A stretch of 64,000 nucleotides of DNA, taken from assembly GCA_037379345.1 (NCBI GenBank), contig CM074519.1:27058103-27122102 (forward strand), written 5' to 3'. The position numbers and the translations under genes are program-made. The notes beneath the pieces are model-generated. The model did no database searches. It had not been told where the DNA came from and saw only the letters and a program-made list of their open reading frames with translations. Positions 37,960 to 51,465 of this stretch are shown in pieces. Numbering within the stretch: the first letter of the stretch is position 1; each line of letters begins with the position of its first letter. The stretch is from Perna viridis. Its lineage: Eukaryota.

Positions 37960-40900
37960 ATGAGATACAATATTCTTGCTGCTGTTTTTGTGATTGTTTT
38001 AAAGAACTTACAATGTCATTTGACGTCTAAACAAAACACTCTGTTTATTCTTCGCTGTCTGGTAACTATGATTAAAATTTTAAGTGGTAAGTAAAAAAGA
38101 GTCTCATGATTTCGACTCGCATCCCGCGTAGATAAAATTCCTTATGGGGAATTCAACACGATACTTCAATAGCCTTCTATCAAATGAAAAATCAAGCTTT
38201 AGATTAGAACAATTAATGTTAAAAACTCTCCTTGTGGCGGAGTATTCCTTTTGACCACCTAATGTTAAAAGTAATCGGTCAAAAGGAGAATTCTTGTTGT
38301 TTTTTTATTATTATTATTATTTAAATTGCGCGAATAGAATACTGATATTATTTATGTTTTTATTATTCCGAGACTTTTTAAAGCTCTGAGCCCGTCGACG
38401 AGCGCAAGAACGAAAAATTGATTAAAGTATGTTCGTAATTATAGTTTAAAGTCGAACTTCCACCGAATACCACTTCGCGTGTGTTTTCTTTGTGTCCTTA
38501 ATGAGCCGATTCTAGTGAAGCGAGAAACAAAAACATGGATTTTAAGAAATACATTTTGTTTACACATCTAAGTACATTACCATGGTTACAGCATCCTGTA
38601 AAACTCTTTTTTGAAATCAGAACTAACTACATTAAAGACTACTTTCTTTCGGGTATTTTCTTCTATGGGGATGCAGATAAATATATGGTATCGCTGCTGA
38701 AAAAAGATCTTAATCCCAAACCACCCCGTCGTTGTTTAGGTATGTAAATAATAATAGCATTGCCGTCGAAAGGCGAGTGCGTTGAAAAAGATCCCTTCTC
38801 CTTTCGTATTTTAAGAAATATAAAACTCATCAAACTCAATGCAGAAAGCAACAGAAGTGCCCAAAATTGTTCGTTTTTCAAAACGTCTTAATAACAGACT
38901 GCATCTCCAAACCCTGTCTCGCATCCAACTTTGCCTACATCTAGCGTAGTTTTGCCTCAAATAGATGACCAGTTCGTGTTTGACCTGTTTATTTTGTCCA
39001 TAATTAAACATAAATATGTATATATAACATTTTTAGTACGTGCAATTTCGCTTGAAAAGAAACATGAAAGCCGCTGAATGGCACCTTACCAAAGGGTAGT
39101 CTAATGGATGTCTCGATGCTATTAAATTTCAGACGGTAAACCTATCGACTGTGGCGACTTACCAAAGAAATGTCCTAGTGGTGTCTATTAGATTTTTCAT
39201 AGGTTTTCACGTGCATTCAGTGTTTACTGTGATATGGAGAAGGACGGGGGCGACTGGACGGTATGAATCTTAATTAATCCTTCACTTTAAAAAAAAAGTA
39301 TTTATTTTAAACAAATCGGTTCTTAGTATCATATAATTGATTGACTCCGTTTTGTCAATTTCTAAACAAAATTATTTTAGAAATTTTAGAAAAAATGTAA
39401 TGGTGTAATTAACGGCTATAAATAAAATGACATTTACCCTTTCGAGTCGGAGAATATAGAGTTAGGAGTGTCCGTCCGTCCGTACTTCCTTCCATCCATT
39501 ACTCAGACGGGTACAATCTTTTATACTTTACTCCTCCTACACAATTGAATTGAATTAAATGAAACTTAAACATAATCTTTATTACATGTTAACATTCATA
39601 TTGCACACACTCTTTTTCAATTCAGTTTGGCGGTCAAAGGATGTATGCCACTTAATGGGGGTGGGTACAATGTTGGGGATATCAGGTTAGTGAGTATAAC
39701 TTGCAGTTTTCCAAGTTTCATTGATGCATATTTAAAAAAAAACACTAAAAAGAGTTATATTTTTTTTACAAAACTGGGTTTGGTCATAGATTTTTTTGTA
39801 ATGCCTAGTGTTTTCATTTGCCCCCGCATGCTATTGGTGCCAACTTCTTGTATCTTTATTTGAAGCTATTGCATACGTAGTAATACGATCAATGCTAATT
39901 TAAATAACTTTGATGTTAGAACTTAATCAAAATCTATGGGTTTAATTTTTTAAATGATAAGTTTTGTTTTAAGGTATTCCAGAGGTGAAAAAAACGGATA
40001 CACAGATTTTTATCGTGGATGGAACGCTTATAAGAATGGCTTCGGTGACTTGACCCGAAAATTCTGGCTAGGTAGAAATTATGATTTTTAAGCCTTTTGA
40101 CTGAGAGGGTTTTTTTTTACGTTCTTGACTATCCTGGCATGACATTTTCCACATATCGTGAATTATTCAATTTCTTTATTTTTAAACGGAAGCATATTAA
40201 TATGAGATATCAAATAATATATTGCAAGAGAATGCATTGTGGGTATAGTTTTATTGCACTTAAAAAATCCTTAATTCTTTTTTTTTATATTTTAGGTAAC
40301 AAACACATTCACAAGCTTACCTCACAAGGTGATTATGAACTAAGTATAGATCTAACAGACTGGGACGACAAAACAACGTTCGCTAAATATAAACATTTTG
40401 TGGTCGGACGTGAATCAACTAACTTTGTGTTGGGCGTCAGTGGATACTATGGTACTGCAGGTACGTAAATGTATCTACATGTATAGAAAAGGGTTTTTAT
40501 ATTATTTTACACTCTTAGCCATTAAACGTCTCAGGAAACCATTACTTACAAATAGGAGGGGAATATATTGGTTGGGGTTTCCGTCTTTCCTTCGAATTCA
40601 TCCTTCCTTCCTTTCCTCTTATCTGCTACTTCTTCTACACCATAGAATGAAACAGAACCCACTTTTACAGAATCTTTATAACGTATTGCCATTGTGCATC
40701 TCTTATTTAAGATTTTGATTTAGTCAGTTTGGGGGTTTCACATTAACTAAACATGGGTTTGTCGTTCATAAATATGCGTACACGAGGGTACCTTTCTTTT
40801 ATCTATTACAACTCCTACAACATTGAATTGAATTTAATGAAACTTTCACGGAATCTTAATAACATATTAATATTGTGCATCTTCTGTTTTAGATACAAAT

Positions 40901-43620
40901 TAATTTGGAAGTGAAAATGTGAATGTTATCGAATCGGGGAATATGGGTATTAATTTAGTGGGCAGTGCTTGCAGTTTTTATATTTTAAGATTTAAATTCA
41001 TTTTTATGTAAAAAATGAGTTATGTTTTAGATAATTAGTCTCGTGTGGCAATTATGTTATAATGGTTAAACATACTAGGTGTTATGTCATAAAATGACCC
41101 TTTTTTCTAAAATGTACATGTACAAAAGATTAACTAAAATTAAAAGTCACGTGTCCGTCCGCCCGTATGTCCGCCCCGACGGTATTCGATTGATAACTTG
41201 AGAACAGATTAATGATTTTTCTTAAACTTTGCACGGTCGTTCAGTACCATGTAATACGGGTAAAGTTGAATTTTCAGCAAAGTCCAAAATGATTTTTTTG
41301 GGGTTAGGCCATTTTGAACATTTTGCCATTCCCATTTTTCACCATTGCGTGTCGGCGTATTATGCTCCATTAACACCCTCTTTTTTATTCTATAGAAAGG
41401 TATAAAAAACGACCGGATAATACTTACGGTGGTCGTGAAGGAGGTGGTCAAGACTTTTATTCAATCGTTTCCGTTCTGGTGTACAACCGGTGTAGACCGC
41501 TTCGAAAGCTTTCAAACAATGAAAGAAGATGATATATTTGAAATATCAACATTGGACATATCAAATGTGTCAGGTATTGACCAGGTTGGAAGAAAAAGTA
41601 TCAGGTATTCTAATAATCCAAACCTGGACATTTCAGTAGGAGTTCAAAAAGGACCTTAATGTCAGTGTATTGTAGACGATTCTTTGTGACAATTGATAGG
41701 TTGTACTATTGCCATAATAATTGCTTTCTGGATCACACAGGACTTCCGTAAAATAAATAAGGATCTCATGATGGCACTTAGTTGCATCAGTGCAATAAAA
41801 GGATGAGACAAATTTCAATAAAGCTTATATAAAATATGAAATAAATATAAAGATTTTACAATCATCCTTGTATTCATTTACACAATGCAATCAGTTGTAA
41901 CAGTTGCAGATACGTAAAACGTGTTTTGAGTACCTAGAAAGTGTTATGAAATTTGTTCACGACCATGTTCACGATCTGCAATTTTCTTTGTCATAATTGA
42001 ATACTAGTATGTAAATAGCTGATAACCAAAATAATGCTCATTTCGTTTAAAGAAGTGATTTGTTCACATTGTTTCAGTGTTGGAACATGCAGGAGCACCA
42101 CATTCTTTTAGCAAATCAGTGAAAACCTACCATTTTTTTCAAAATCATAACTACAGTGTAATAATCCAATATTAGTAAAATATGTCCTCCTTTAATAAAT
42201 AATTGTTCACGATACTAAAACGTGCGCGATCTGGCAGCAACATTGATATATCTCGCTTGACAGTGTGACGGGATGAAAAGGGTATTTCAGAGATCGATAT
42301 ATAATATCATTTGATCCTCAGTACATAGCAAGTACATATAAACTTTGATAAGCGGGTTCTATAATATTTTCTAAACAAGACAATAAATTGCTGTCCGAGG
42401 TTACGTTCTCTTGAATAAGAAATTTTTACTTTGGAACGTAATTGTGCTTCCGTCAATATATAAATTTACATTGTAAAGATTTTGTTGGACATCTTCAAGT
42501 TTTTGTTTGTTTGTTTTCAGTTTGTTTTTAACCTAAATTTCTTGGATTGAAAATAAAATAATAAGTTTACGTTTTTACATTTTTATAAGGATCGATATTA
42601 ATTCCTAGATGTGAAAAACGTGTATCTAAAAATTTCAAATTCTTAATATTCGTATTAAAAGGCATTTCTACAGTTTCATCAGGTCAGATATCCAGACAAT
42701 TTTTCATTTCTTTCGACAAAGAGAAACAGTATTCGTTTGATTTTAGGAAAAGTTTGATCGAAACAATCGTTTTTTACCTCATCTGGCTCGAAAGGCCATG
42801 TGAGCTATTGTCATCACTTGGTGTCTGTCGTCGTCGTCGTTAACAAAATTTCAAAACTCTGAAACTACTTGCCAATTTGAACCAAACATGGCATGAATGT
42901 TCCTTAAGAACTGCATAGAACTGAACATGTTGCTTATCAAACTAGGGGAGCGATTCAGGACTTTTAGAGTCTCTAGTTTTTTTGTTGTTTTTTTGTTGTT
43001 TGTTTTTTTGTTTTTTTGTTTGTTGTTTTTTTGTTTGTATTTTTGTTTGTTTGTTTGTTTTTGTTTTCGTTTTTGTTTTGTGTTTCATATTTCTTTGCGA
43101 TTAGTCTCCATGCTTTGGGAAAGCGGAAGGATACGCCTTTCTTCCGTCATTCTTCGTTTCATTAGTGAATTCCACATTGTGACAAGATAACTTTAGCTGT
43201 TAATCTTAGGGTAGTGAAATCCTGCGCAGATGGAAACCACCTTTGTTCGAAGTCATGTCAAGATATATTTTCCGAGTCAGGAGACTAAGTTTTCACTCAA
43301 ATATTTCTCGTGTTTAATAAATTACTTAAATGAATATTCTTTCAGTCTTTTATTCTGTACGTGTAGGTGGTGGATTTAGTTACAACAATGGAATGGGTTT
43401 CACCACTAAAGGCAATGACAATGACGAGGCCAGTTTAAATTGTGCTAAAGATAAGGTCGGTGTTTGGTGGTACAAGGTATGCAGTTATGTAAACCTAAAT
43501 GGAGTATATTCTTTGAAAACCCCTAAAACGCATTGGCATGGTTTGTGTTGGTAGCAATGGAAAGGAAACATGTATTCTATGAAAGCTACAGCCATGATGA
43601 ATCGACGCCCAAGGAATTAA
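37960..43620 (+). pseudogene. FReD gene D; exons 37960-38061, 38653-38739, 39133-39260, 39974-40071, 40296-40460, 43367-43620
   Basis: Signal peptide MRYNILAAVFVIVLKNLQC. Lesions: -1 in exon 1, exon 2 acceptor AG changed to GG (38651-38652), TAG 39189-39191, TGA 39986-39988 with a +1 in the A-run, TAG 43552-43554. Ancestral stop TAA at 43618-43620 after AMMNRRPRN. Confidence 0.9.
42771..42980 (+). mobile_element. Short internally deleted Helentron/HINE-like copy
   Basis: Shares both ends with 21339-22320 (gtgagctattgtcatcacttgg..(gtc)n ... gagcgattcagg..ctctagttt). Confidence 0.6.
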
Positions 43621-45365
43621 GCACTTCAAATAAAATTACGTTTCAACAGTTTTTCTAAGTCTGAGCTTTTTTAGTCTCATACATAAGCAGGTTTTATGGT
43701 GTACAGAAATCATACTTTCCGCCACAACTATTGTTATTATTATGAAAGCGCGATTTATATTACATTTATAGGTGTGCCAGCAAAGTTGGTGTTTGCGTAC
43801 TTAACCATCAATCAGAATATATAAAATTGAATACTGACTTTTCTTTTCTCTCATTTCCTTTTATTTATTCATTCATTGAATCATTTACAAAATGCATTTA
43901 TTTAAATTTATTTTTTGTTTTTGTTTGTGTTTTCGTTTTTTTGCTTTACTCGTTATGGGACAAAGTAGTTGTATTCATAGTGTTTCAGTTCTTGACTTTA
44001 CAAACATATACATGTATTAGGCTAAATGCAATTGACTTCTTTCTTTCTTTTATAGAAATTCGTGTATACATCCATAAAGCGATGTATTTTGGTCCGTTGA
44101 CAGAAATTGGAACCCAAGAACAAGGGGTAGCTAGAAAGTGGGAATTAGGGGGCGGCAGAAAGCATAAATGAAGGGGTCAGGGTCTTCAAATGAATTTATC
44201 TATCCTATTTTTATTCACATGGCTTCGAAAGCAGGCATTATAAGATAATGATCATGGTGTCCGTTCGTCCGTCTACACCTCTTTGTTACATTTTTCCGTG
44301 CGTCTTTTTAATCACAGCCTTTTGATATTATGACAGAAGCTTTTTTGTATGCCATATCGTGGGATTCTATTTTTGACTGAAATCAACATCAAATTCCTGT
44401 TAGACATTTTTTTATATTTAAACATATAGTACATGTATCTATGCTGAAGAGCTAGGCTATCTTCACGTAAGCTTTTCCCATTTTTTTTCTAGTTTATTTA
44501 TGTAAGAAGGGAAGTTTGAAAACAGGGGTTTGAGAAAGTATAGGTAAGTCAAAGTAATCTTAAAAGTTGCAGGGATGGATCCAGAATTTCAGGTTAGGGT
44601 GCATAGATAGAATTAATACGAAGCGAAGCAAGATCATTTCTTTTTTTGGAGGAAGGGGTGGAATTTTGTGAAATATTGTGTAAAAAGTTTTGTCCCCTTT
44701 TTATTTTTTTAGGCCGGGGGCTACGCATGGTCCGCCACAGGGTTAGGAAGTAAAAACTTCTACTCCCTGTCATAAATATTCAGAATCGTCAATTGTCTAT
44801 TGTCTTCCGCTTTTAAACTTGTAAAGTGGAACCTACCTGAATCAACACTTCTTGAAAAAAATATATATGTAATTCCCGGTAAATAAAACACGTGTATTAA
44901 TTGAAGTCCCGGATGGCGTCTGATAAGAGGATGTAGATATCGGAAATGAATCATTATTTCCTGGCCATATCTAAAAACAGAAACAGGAGATATATTTTTT
45001 TCAAATACATGTATTTTAATCTTTTTGCGTTGTCACACCATTATTTTGTTATTTTACTTGCGACCAGAGTGTGAACAGTGTTGGTAACACGGATGTACTA
45101 CATTATTGTAATGACCATTAATGTATTCCCAAATAAATGATAACTTCCGTGTTTAGAGACCTAGGCCTGAAAATATGCAATTGAGATGTTTGCCCTTTCA
45201 GAGAACTTCTAGACATTAAAGCCCGAGGTACAACAAATTGTTGTTTCAACTGACCTAAAGGAAATTAAATGGCAATTGTGACATACGTCGTATTTTGTAC
45301 GAGTCAGTGTTACAAAGACGGTTTTAATGTATTATAAGTGTTAGCCCTTTTATTGCCTTTAAAAG

Positions 45366-45582
45366 AAAAGCAGAGGACGCTTACCCTACCGGTGCACCTG
45401 GTCCATGCTCCCAGTTTTTAGAGGAGTCCGAGTTGCTCATTTGCTTTTGTTACTAAGTATGTATGATTTGGGTTACTTTGTGTTCTTTGTTGTGTATGTC
45501 TGTTTTCCATGTCTGGTCTTTGTCCCTGGATTACATACTTTTAATTACCCACTATAACCCTGGTTCCCTTGATTACTCTTTA
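45366..45582 (+). mobile_element. Penelope-like family 3' fragment
   Basis: aaaagcagaggacgcttaccctaccggtgcacctggtccatgctcccag...gttcccttgattactcttt. Confidence 0.75.
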
Positions 45583-46601
45583 AAGTAAAACATGAAACTG
45601 TTGGAAATATATGACTGTAGCTTATGGTTATGCTTATGTATACTGAAAAAAATCAACAAAAATAAACTGACACAAAAAAATTACATAACAAAATGTTGAA
45701 CTAATACCATGTCAGATATACACTTGTACACATTGACAAGATATGCTATATACGTGTATACTTATTGTATCTAACTTGTAATATGTTTCTTTTGCAGGGG
45801 AAATACTCATTCGATACTATCGGTTCTATAAAAGCAAGACCTAATCGTCGCATTTCCTAAATCCGGTTGATTTGTCTTTTCGTTCTATTCTTGCTTTGCT
45901 CAGCACAAAAATGTCTTAATAACGCTTGTCAAAAATATCCTGGAAAACTAATGCGAACATACTCCCTTGTCATTTAGTTATTCTTCACAACGCCACTATC
46001 TGCATACACACACGTTTTTTATAAAGCTGTTTTTTCCTTTGCTTGCAGCAAACGCTCAATTACAGATATAACTGGTTCAGTGGCGAACACAAGGAAAAAA
46101 CAATTTCAGTGCAAAATAAGCAAAAGATAGTCTGGAAACCCCCTTTTTTTTTAAATAAAAATGTCTGGATGCCGCCCTCTTTAAAAAAAAACCAACAGGA
46201 TTCGCCCCTGCTAAAAAATCTATACTGCTTACTTATCTCATATACAGTGATTTTAGGACTGTGAGCATTGGTACCTATCTTACATTTGAGTGCCGACGTA
46301 CGAAATTCGAACAACTTTCGCGTTTCTCCGACTGCTTTTTTCTGTGTCCTTTTCTTTTCTTGGTTTATTTTGTTGTCTCTTGCTAGAAGATTCCCTTACA
46401 TAGAACATACCATTTCTTATTGATTAATATTCAAAGAATAATAGACATTGATGAATTCTGTTTTAATTTTGTTGAGTCCAATTTGCTCAATAAGGCAATT
46501 ATTTATACACAAGTTTATGTATTTCTTGCAGTTTTCTGTTTTACTTTGTGTTGTTCTGTTGTTTTGATTTTTTTGGTCATCATTCATTACTTTTTAAGGG
46601 G

Positions 46602-46919
46602 TTACACAGCCAAATGTGCCACATATGATAATCATATGGTGCTTGATTCATATGATAATCATATGGTAATCATATGACAATCATATGATATTGAACATAT
46701 GGTAGACATATAATTATCATATGATTTTCATATGGTAATTTTGGCTTAAAAAACATATGACAATCATATGTTTGTGAAAAAAAAATGACTATCATATGAT
46801 AATCATGCGATAATCATATGTATACCAAAACATAAGATTATCATATGGTGCTCAATTTATATGATAATCATATGATGCAAACCACACGATTCTCATGTGT
46901 GGCACATTTGCCTGCGTAA
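46602..46919. mobile_element. MITE with ~39-bp inverted termini, filled with CATATG-containing repeats
   Basis: ttacacagccaaatgtgccacatatgataatcatatggt ... accacacgattctcatgtgtggcacatttgcctgcgtaa. TTA/TAA ends suggest a PIF/Harbinger type (inference). Confidence 0.7.
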
Positions 46920-49900
46920 ATGGAAGGAGTACCTTTAGCTCCTGTGTATAGATATCAATTTTTAATGCCAAATACCAACTAAATTAAACCCATTATTTTT
47001 CATATTTTAATTCATTTTCACATGCACTAATTCTTTACAATATTCTGGTCCTCTGTGCATCACATTTTTAATGGAAAAATTCACATATCCACACACTCAT
47101 AAAAAACAATGCATTTCTACATTCCATACACACCTTGCTGTACAAAGTACAAAAAAAAATGAGAACTCCAGTTCAATCAAATCGTCACTTATTACATGAA
47201 AAAAAAATTAACGCTACAAAAATAATTTGCTCTGAGCAAATTCACAAAATTAAACTGATATGAAAGAAAACTGAAACTAAAGAACAATAAGTTTTGCTAA
47301 AAATATACAAGCTTGCTTAGTCTTATGGTAAACAAATGTATGTTTTATGTACAAAGCATACCATCATCACTTGTATATATAATTCCTAACTGTACAAAAT
47401 TCAAATACTATAATAATATGTGATTCATAGAAGAAATATAAGGTGATCTTCTACATCATCACTTAGATGATTAATCTAATTCTTCAGAGACCTTCAAACT
47501 TCCTATTTCAATACATGTATAAAAAAAAAACAATCTGATACTAATTACCCCTACTTATTTCATGTTCTGTCATAAAAGGTCATTACTCATACCAACTATA
47601 TTATGAAACATATTGCCTTCCACAAAAATGCTCTTTTATAAAAGGGTAATAACTCAGTGATTTTGAATGACAATGAGCTGGTACTTTCAAATAGCTAGAT
47701 CTCTAGAACATACATGTGTATACATGTAATTAACCATGAAATACAGCGCCAATCAAACTCTAAGTTTTGAGGAATCAGATAAATTCTGAACACTGATGGT
47801 GAGATCATACTTTATACAATGCCCAAGTGTGTTATTGCCTTCAACTTAAAATAATCTTCTCCAATTCTCAGGAAGAAATAAAGACACATTTCTTTTAAAC
47901 TATAAAGCCATTGTAAAAATTGTCAAGTATCCTGCCATTTCATATCATCCATTATTTCTGCAGTTTTCAATTTCAGAAATTTGCCTTCATTCAAATCTTA
48001 CATCAAAATATTTATCTACTTTCAATAGTAGTTTGAACTTCAATGTAAATCAACTTGAACAAAAAAAACCCAAAAAACAAAATAGAAACACTTCTATCTG
48101 AAGAAGAATCTACACATTTTTAATTGTCATAATGAATTTTCTTTGTTCAATGTCAATCTAATTAAATTCAAATTAACATGCTTGTATTTCTTTCCTGTGA
48201 ATGCAACAAAAAAAGGTTCAATTTTAAATTGGACTTGTGTCAAGTTTGAACACTATTAAAGAACTTAATCAATACAAATTCAAAAGGTTCTTTTCTTAAT
48301 TCATTTAAATGTACCTGAATCTCTTTCAATCATTTATAAAGAATTTGTCTTTTAACTGTTAACAGTCAATGTCTCAATTTCAAGCTTTTCAATAATGAAA
48401 TGGACTGGCTAACAACAGCCAAATTAATGATGAAGATATATGAACAAAAACTTATGGTGTTAAACTTAGCAATAAACAAGCAAATAGAGTCGAGCTCAGA
48501 AGTATGGAATGTCTAAAATATCATAAATACAAATATGGAAGTAATAATAATATACAAATGTCAATTGAAAATAGATTACAAGGCTTACAAAAAATGAATA
48601 CCACTTCTTGTCCGTGTTGACTGTGTACATGTAAAATCTATTGATTAGATTACCTCCCCTAGCAAACATTCTACAATAATTCTAATTCAGGCACATTTAG
48701 TATAGTTAACACCCTACAAACTTTAACAATAAGGATTAATCAACATTAATTGATCTGTGTTGTCAAGACACAGAATTATAGACAGAAGAACAAAGTCGGA
48801 TGATTCCAACACTATATACATTTGTACAAATGTATATACCTTCCAAAATCATGCACAGAGGCGGGTAATGAACAAATACACACAAAAAAAATTAGAAACA
48901 AAACCATATCAGAAATACAAGGCCTAAACAAAATACAGGGGCATGTACACATACAATTATCTACAGCTGTCTAGAAGAAAGAACAAATTTTTCAAAATTC
49001 ACACTTCAGACTTTAAACTATGATAAATTTTAAAATTAACCACCTTAGAATGTTAATCAATAATCTAGTTACTTAATGAAAAAGTAAATATAACACTCAA
49101 GCTTCAATTGACCACATTTTCCCTTTATAGGGAGTTAATAACTTACTAATGTGTATTTACATGTAGGCACATGAGTTTCTAAATTATTGATACATGCATA
49201 TAAATTGGGTCATAGTTATGTTCTGTTAGAATAATAAATAGATCCAGAAATTTGAATTATATTTTTTGTAATTTAAAAAGCTTAATTTTTAGTATTTAGT
49301 TTTTAAGTATGAACAACAAATTCATTTGTCAAAATTGCTAAGAAACAGTGTTCATGCATGTTTAACACAGTAGAAAATATACATACACAGTATTTTGAGA
49401 TAAATTTTTTACAATCAAGGAATAATCTTATAAAATTTAGGAAGGTGAAAATGTTGAACACTTAATAATGATAGGAACACACTGACACCAATTAGATTTT
49501 CTAGACCAACTATGTTCATGTACATGTAAGATACATGTAGATGTAAAATAATGAATGTACAATTAGGTGGAATCTGTTTTTTTATGAATACAAAATGTTT
49601 AACCACAGAATTCAACAGTTCAAACTAAGAATCATGCAGTAAACGAAAAAATAAATGTTTTGGCAACTTTTTCAGGAAATTGAAAATTACCTATGATATA
49701 ACATAAACAATAATATTACTCTAAGATTGGAAAGAATCAAATTTGTCAACTAAGTTCGTTAACTCTATAGAAAACTATTCCCTACCAATTTTTTGTTCAC
49801 TGCAAAGCACTATATAACCAGTCAATGAGTCATTTCTCCACTTTCCTATCTTCAATCCTTACTTGGCTCTTAAATTACAAATGGAAGATACTGAATGCAT

Positions 49901-51465
49901 TAACACTAAAATGGAGCATTAATTGATAGCCTGTCACATGATGGTGAAAAAAGGGGGATGGCAAAAGGTTCAAAATGGTTTAACTCCAAAATTTGCTGAC
50001 AATTAATCTTAACCTGTATTTTACAGTACTTAAAAAACAAATGTGTAAAGTTTAAGAAAAATTCATTGATCCATTCTCAAGTTATCATCTTGAAACCTTC
50101 GGGGGATGTCTCAGGGACCTTGCAGATCATGTGGCTGAGAATAAAAAATAAAGTTTAACAAAAAATATAGACTTATCATCTGCATGATTCTTAGATGGAT
50201 TAATAGAATGTTAATTACTTTAAATTTAAGAAAATAGGGGGTATGGTCCAACCAGAGCACAACTAGCGCATTTTTCAACAATCTAACAAGAAATAAATGA
50301 TGAAGTGTACACTTCATTTACGTGTTTTACTGATTTATCTCCATCTTCCAGAGTCTTGCATTTACACTAAAGAACCTCATTCCTCCTCAAACATTCATAA
50401 GATAAACATGAAATTATTAGAACATAATTATGATTAGTTTCAAATTAGCATTTACTAAAATTATCAAACCAGTATTTATTTACTAGTCTATTAATCCACA
50501 ATAATCAAATTGTACTTATCAATTTAAAAAATATGGCACTTGTTAACAATTGACAATCAATTTATTGTTATAAATGTAAGGTGAATAGAAACTACACACT
50601 GATACAGTTAAACTTGTCTGATCCTATAAAGGAAATTAGCTCTAAATCCCTCAGCAGAATTAGAGGGCCCTGAACCTGGAACCACCACTAGTTCATACTT
50701 GTAAACCCTCCAACATTAGGGAGACTCAACCAAAATCAATGAAAAATTTAGAATCTCCCACATAAAAATGCAAGATTTTGGTTAAAATGAAATTTTCTGT
50801 GAAAATACGAAGTAATGAATTTTTTACATGAAATATTTGCCTCTCCCACATGAACAGTTCCAAACGACCAACGATTAACAGGTATGCAAGTATGAACCCT
50901 TTCTTTACAGTAAATCATCTTTCAAAGAAAATTAATAGATTCAACAATGTGTGTGTCATCTGGCAAAGTTTTCTGATGTATACCATGTTAGAGGAGACTT
51001 GTTCTCCTGTATATGGATAGTAAAGGGGAGACCTGTTCTCCAGTTTAAGTATAGTAATACTGTAATAGTCATAAAACCCATAATTAAATACAACATTGCA
51101 AAAAGAAAAATAAAATTATATATAAATTATTTTTATGATTCAAATTGCTTATCAAAATATTTTTTATCAACTTCAAACTGAATTAAGTGTTTGCCTAGAA
51201 TAAATCATTTGTTACCTCATGTTTCTCAAATTGACATAGCAAAGCTACAAATTCCCTATAATATACAAAAGTAGTATATAGAATAAAATTAAAATGGGCA
51301 AATTACTAAAAAATCACTATACATGTAGATGAAATTTCACATTTTTGAAGTACTCACAGCCTTTTAAAAAACAGGAAAGTAAAATACAAATTGAGCTTTT
51401 GTTTTAACACTTATTTATATATACATATACATGTATCTGTTTGTATAACAAACTTTACAAGACCA

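Noticed and set aside
41429-41800. Coding-looking segment in gene D intron 5
   Set aside because: Short, interrupted by stops, and no motif I can identify.
42897-43190. Hydrophobic Phe/Leu/Val-rich ORF
   Set aside because: Translation of a (TTTG)n-like low-complexity tract after a repeat element.
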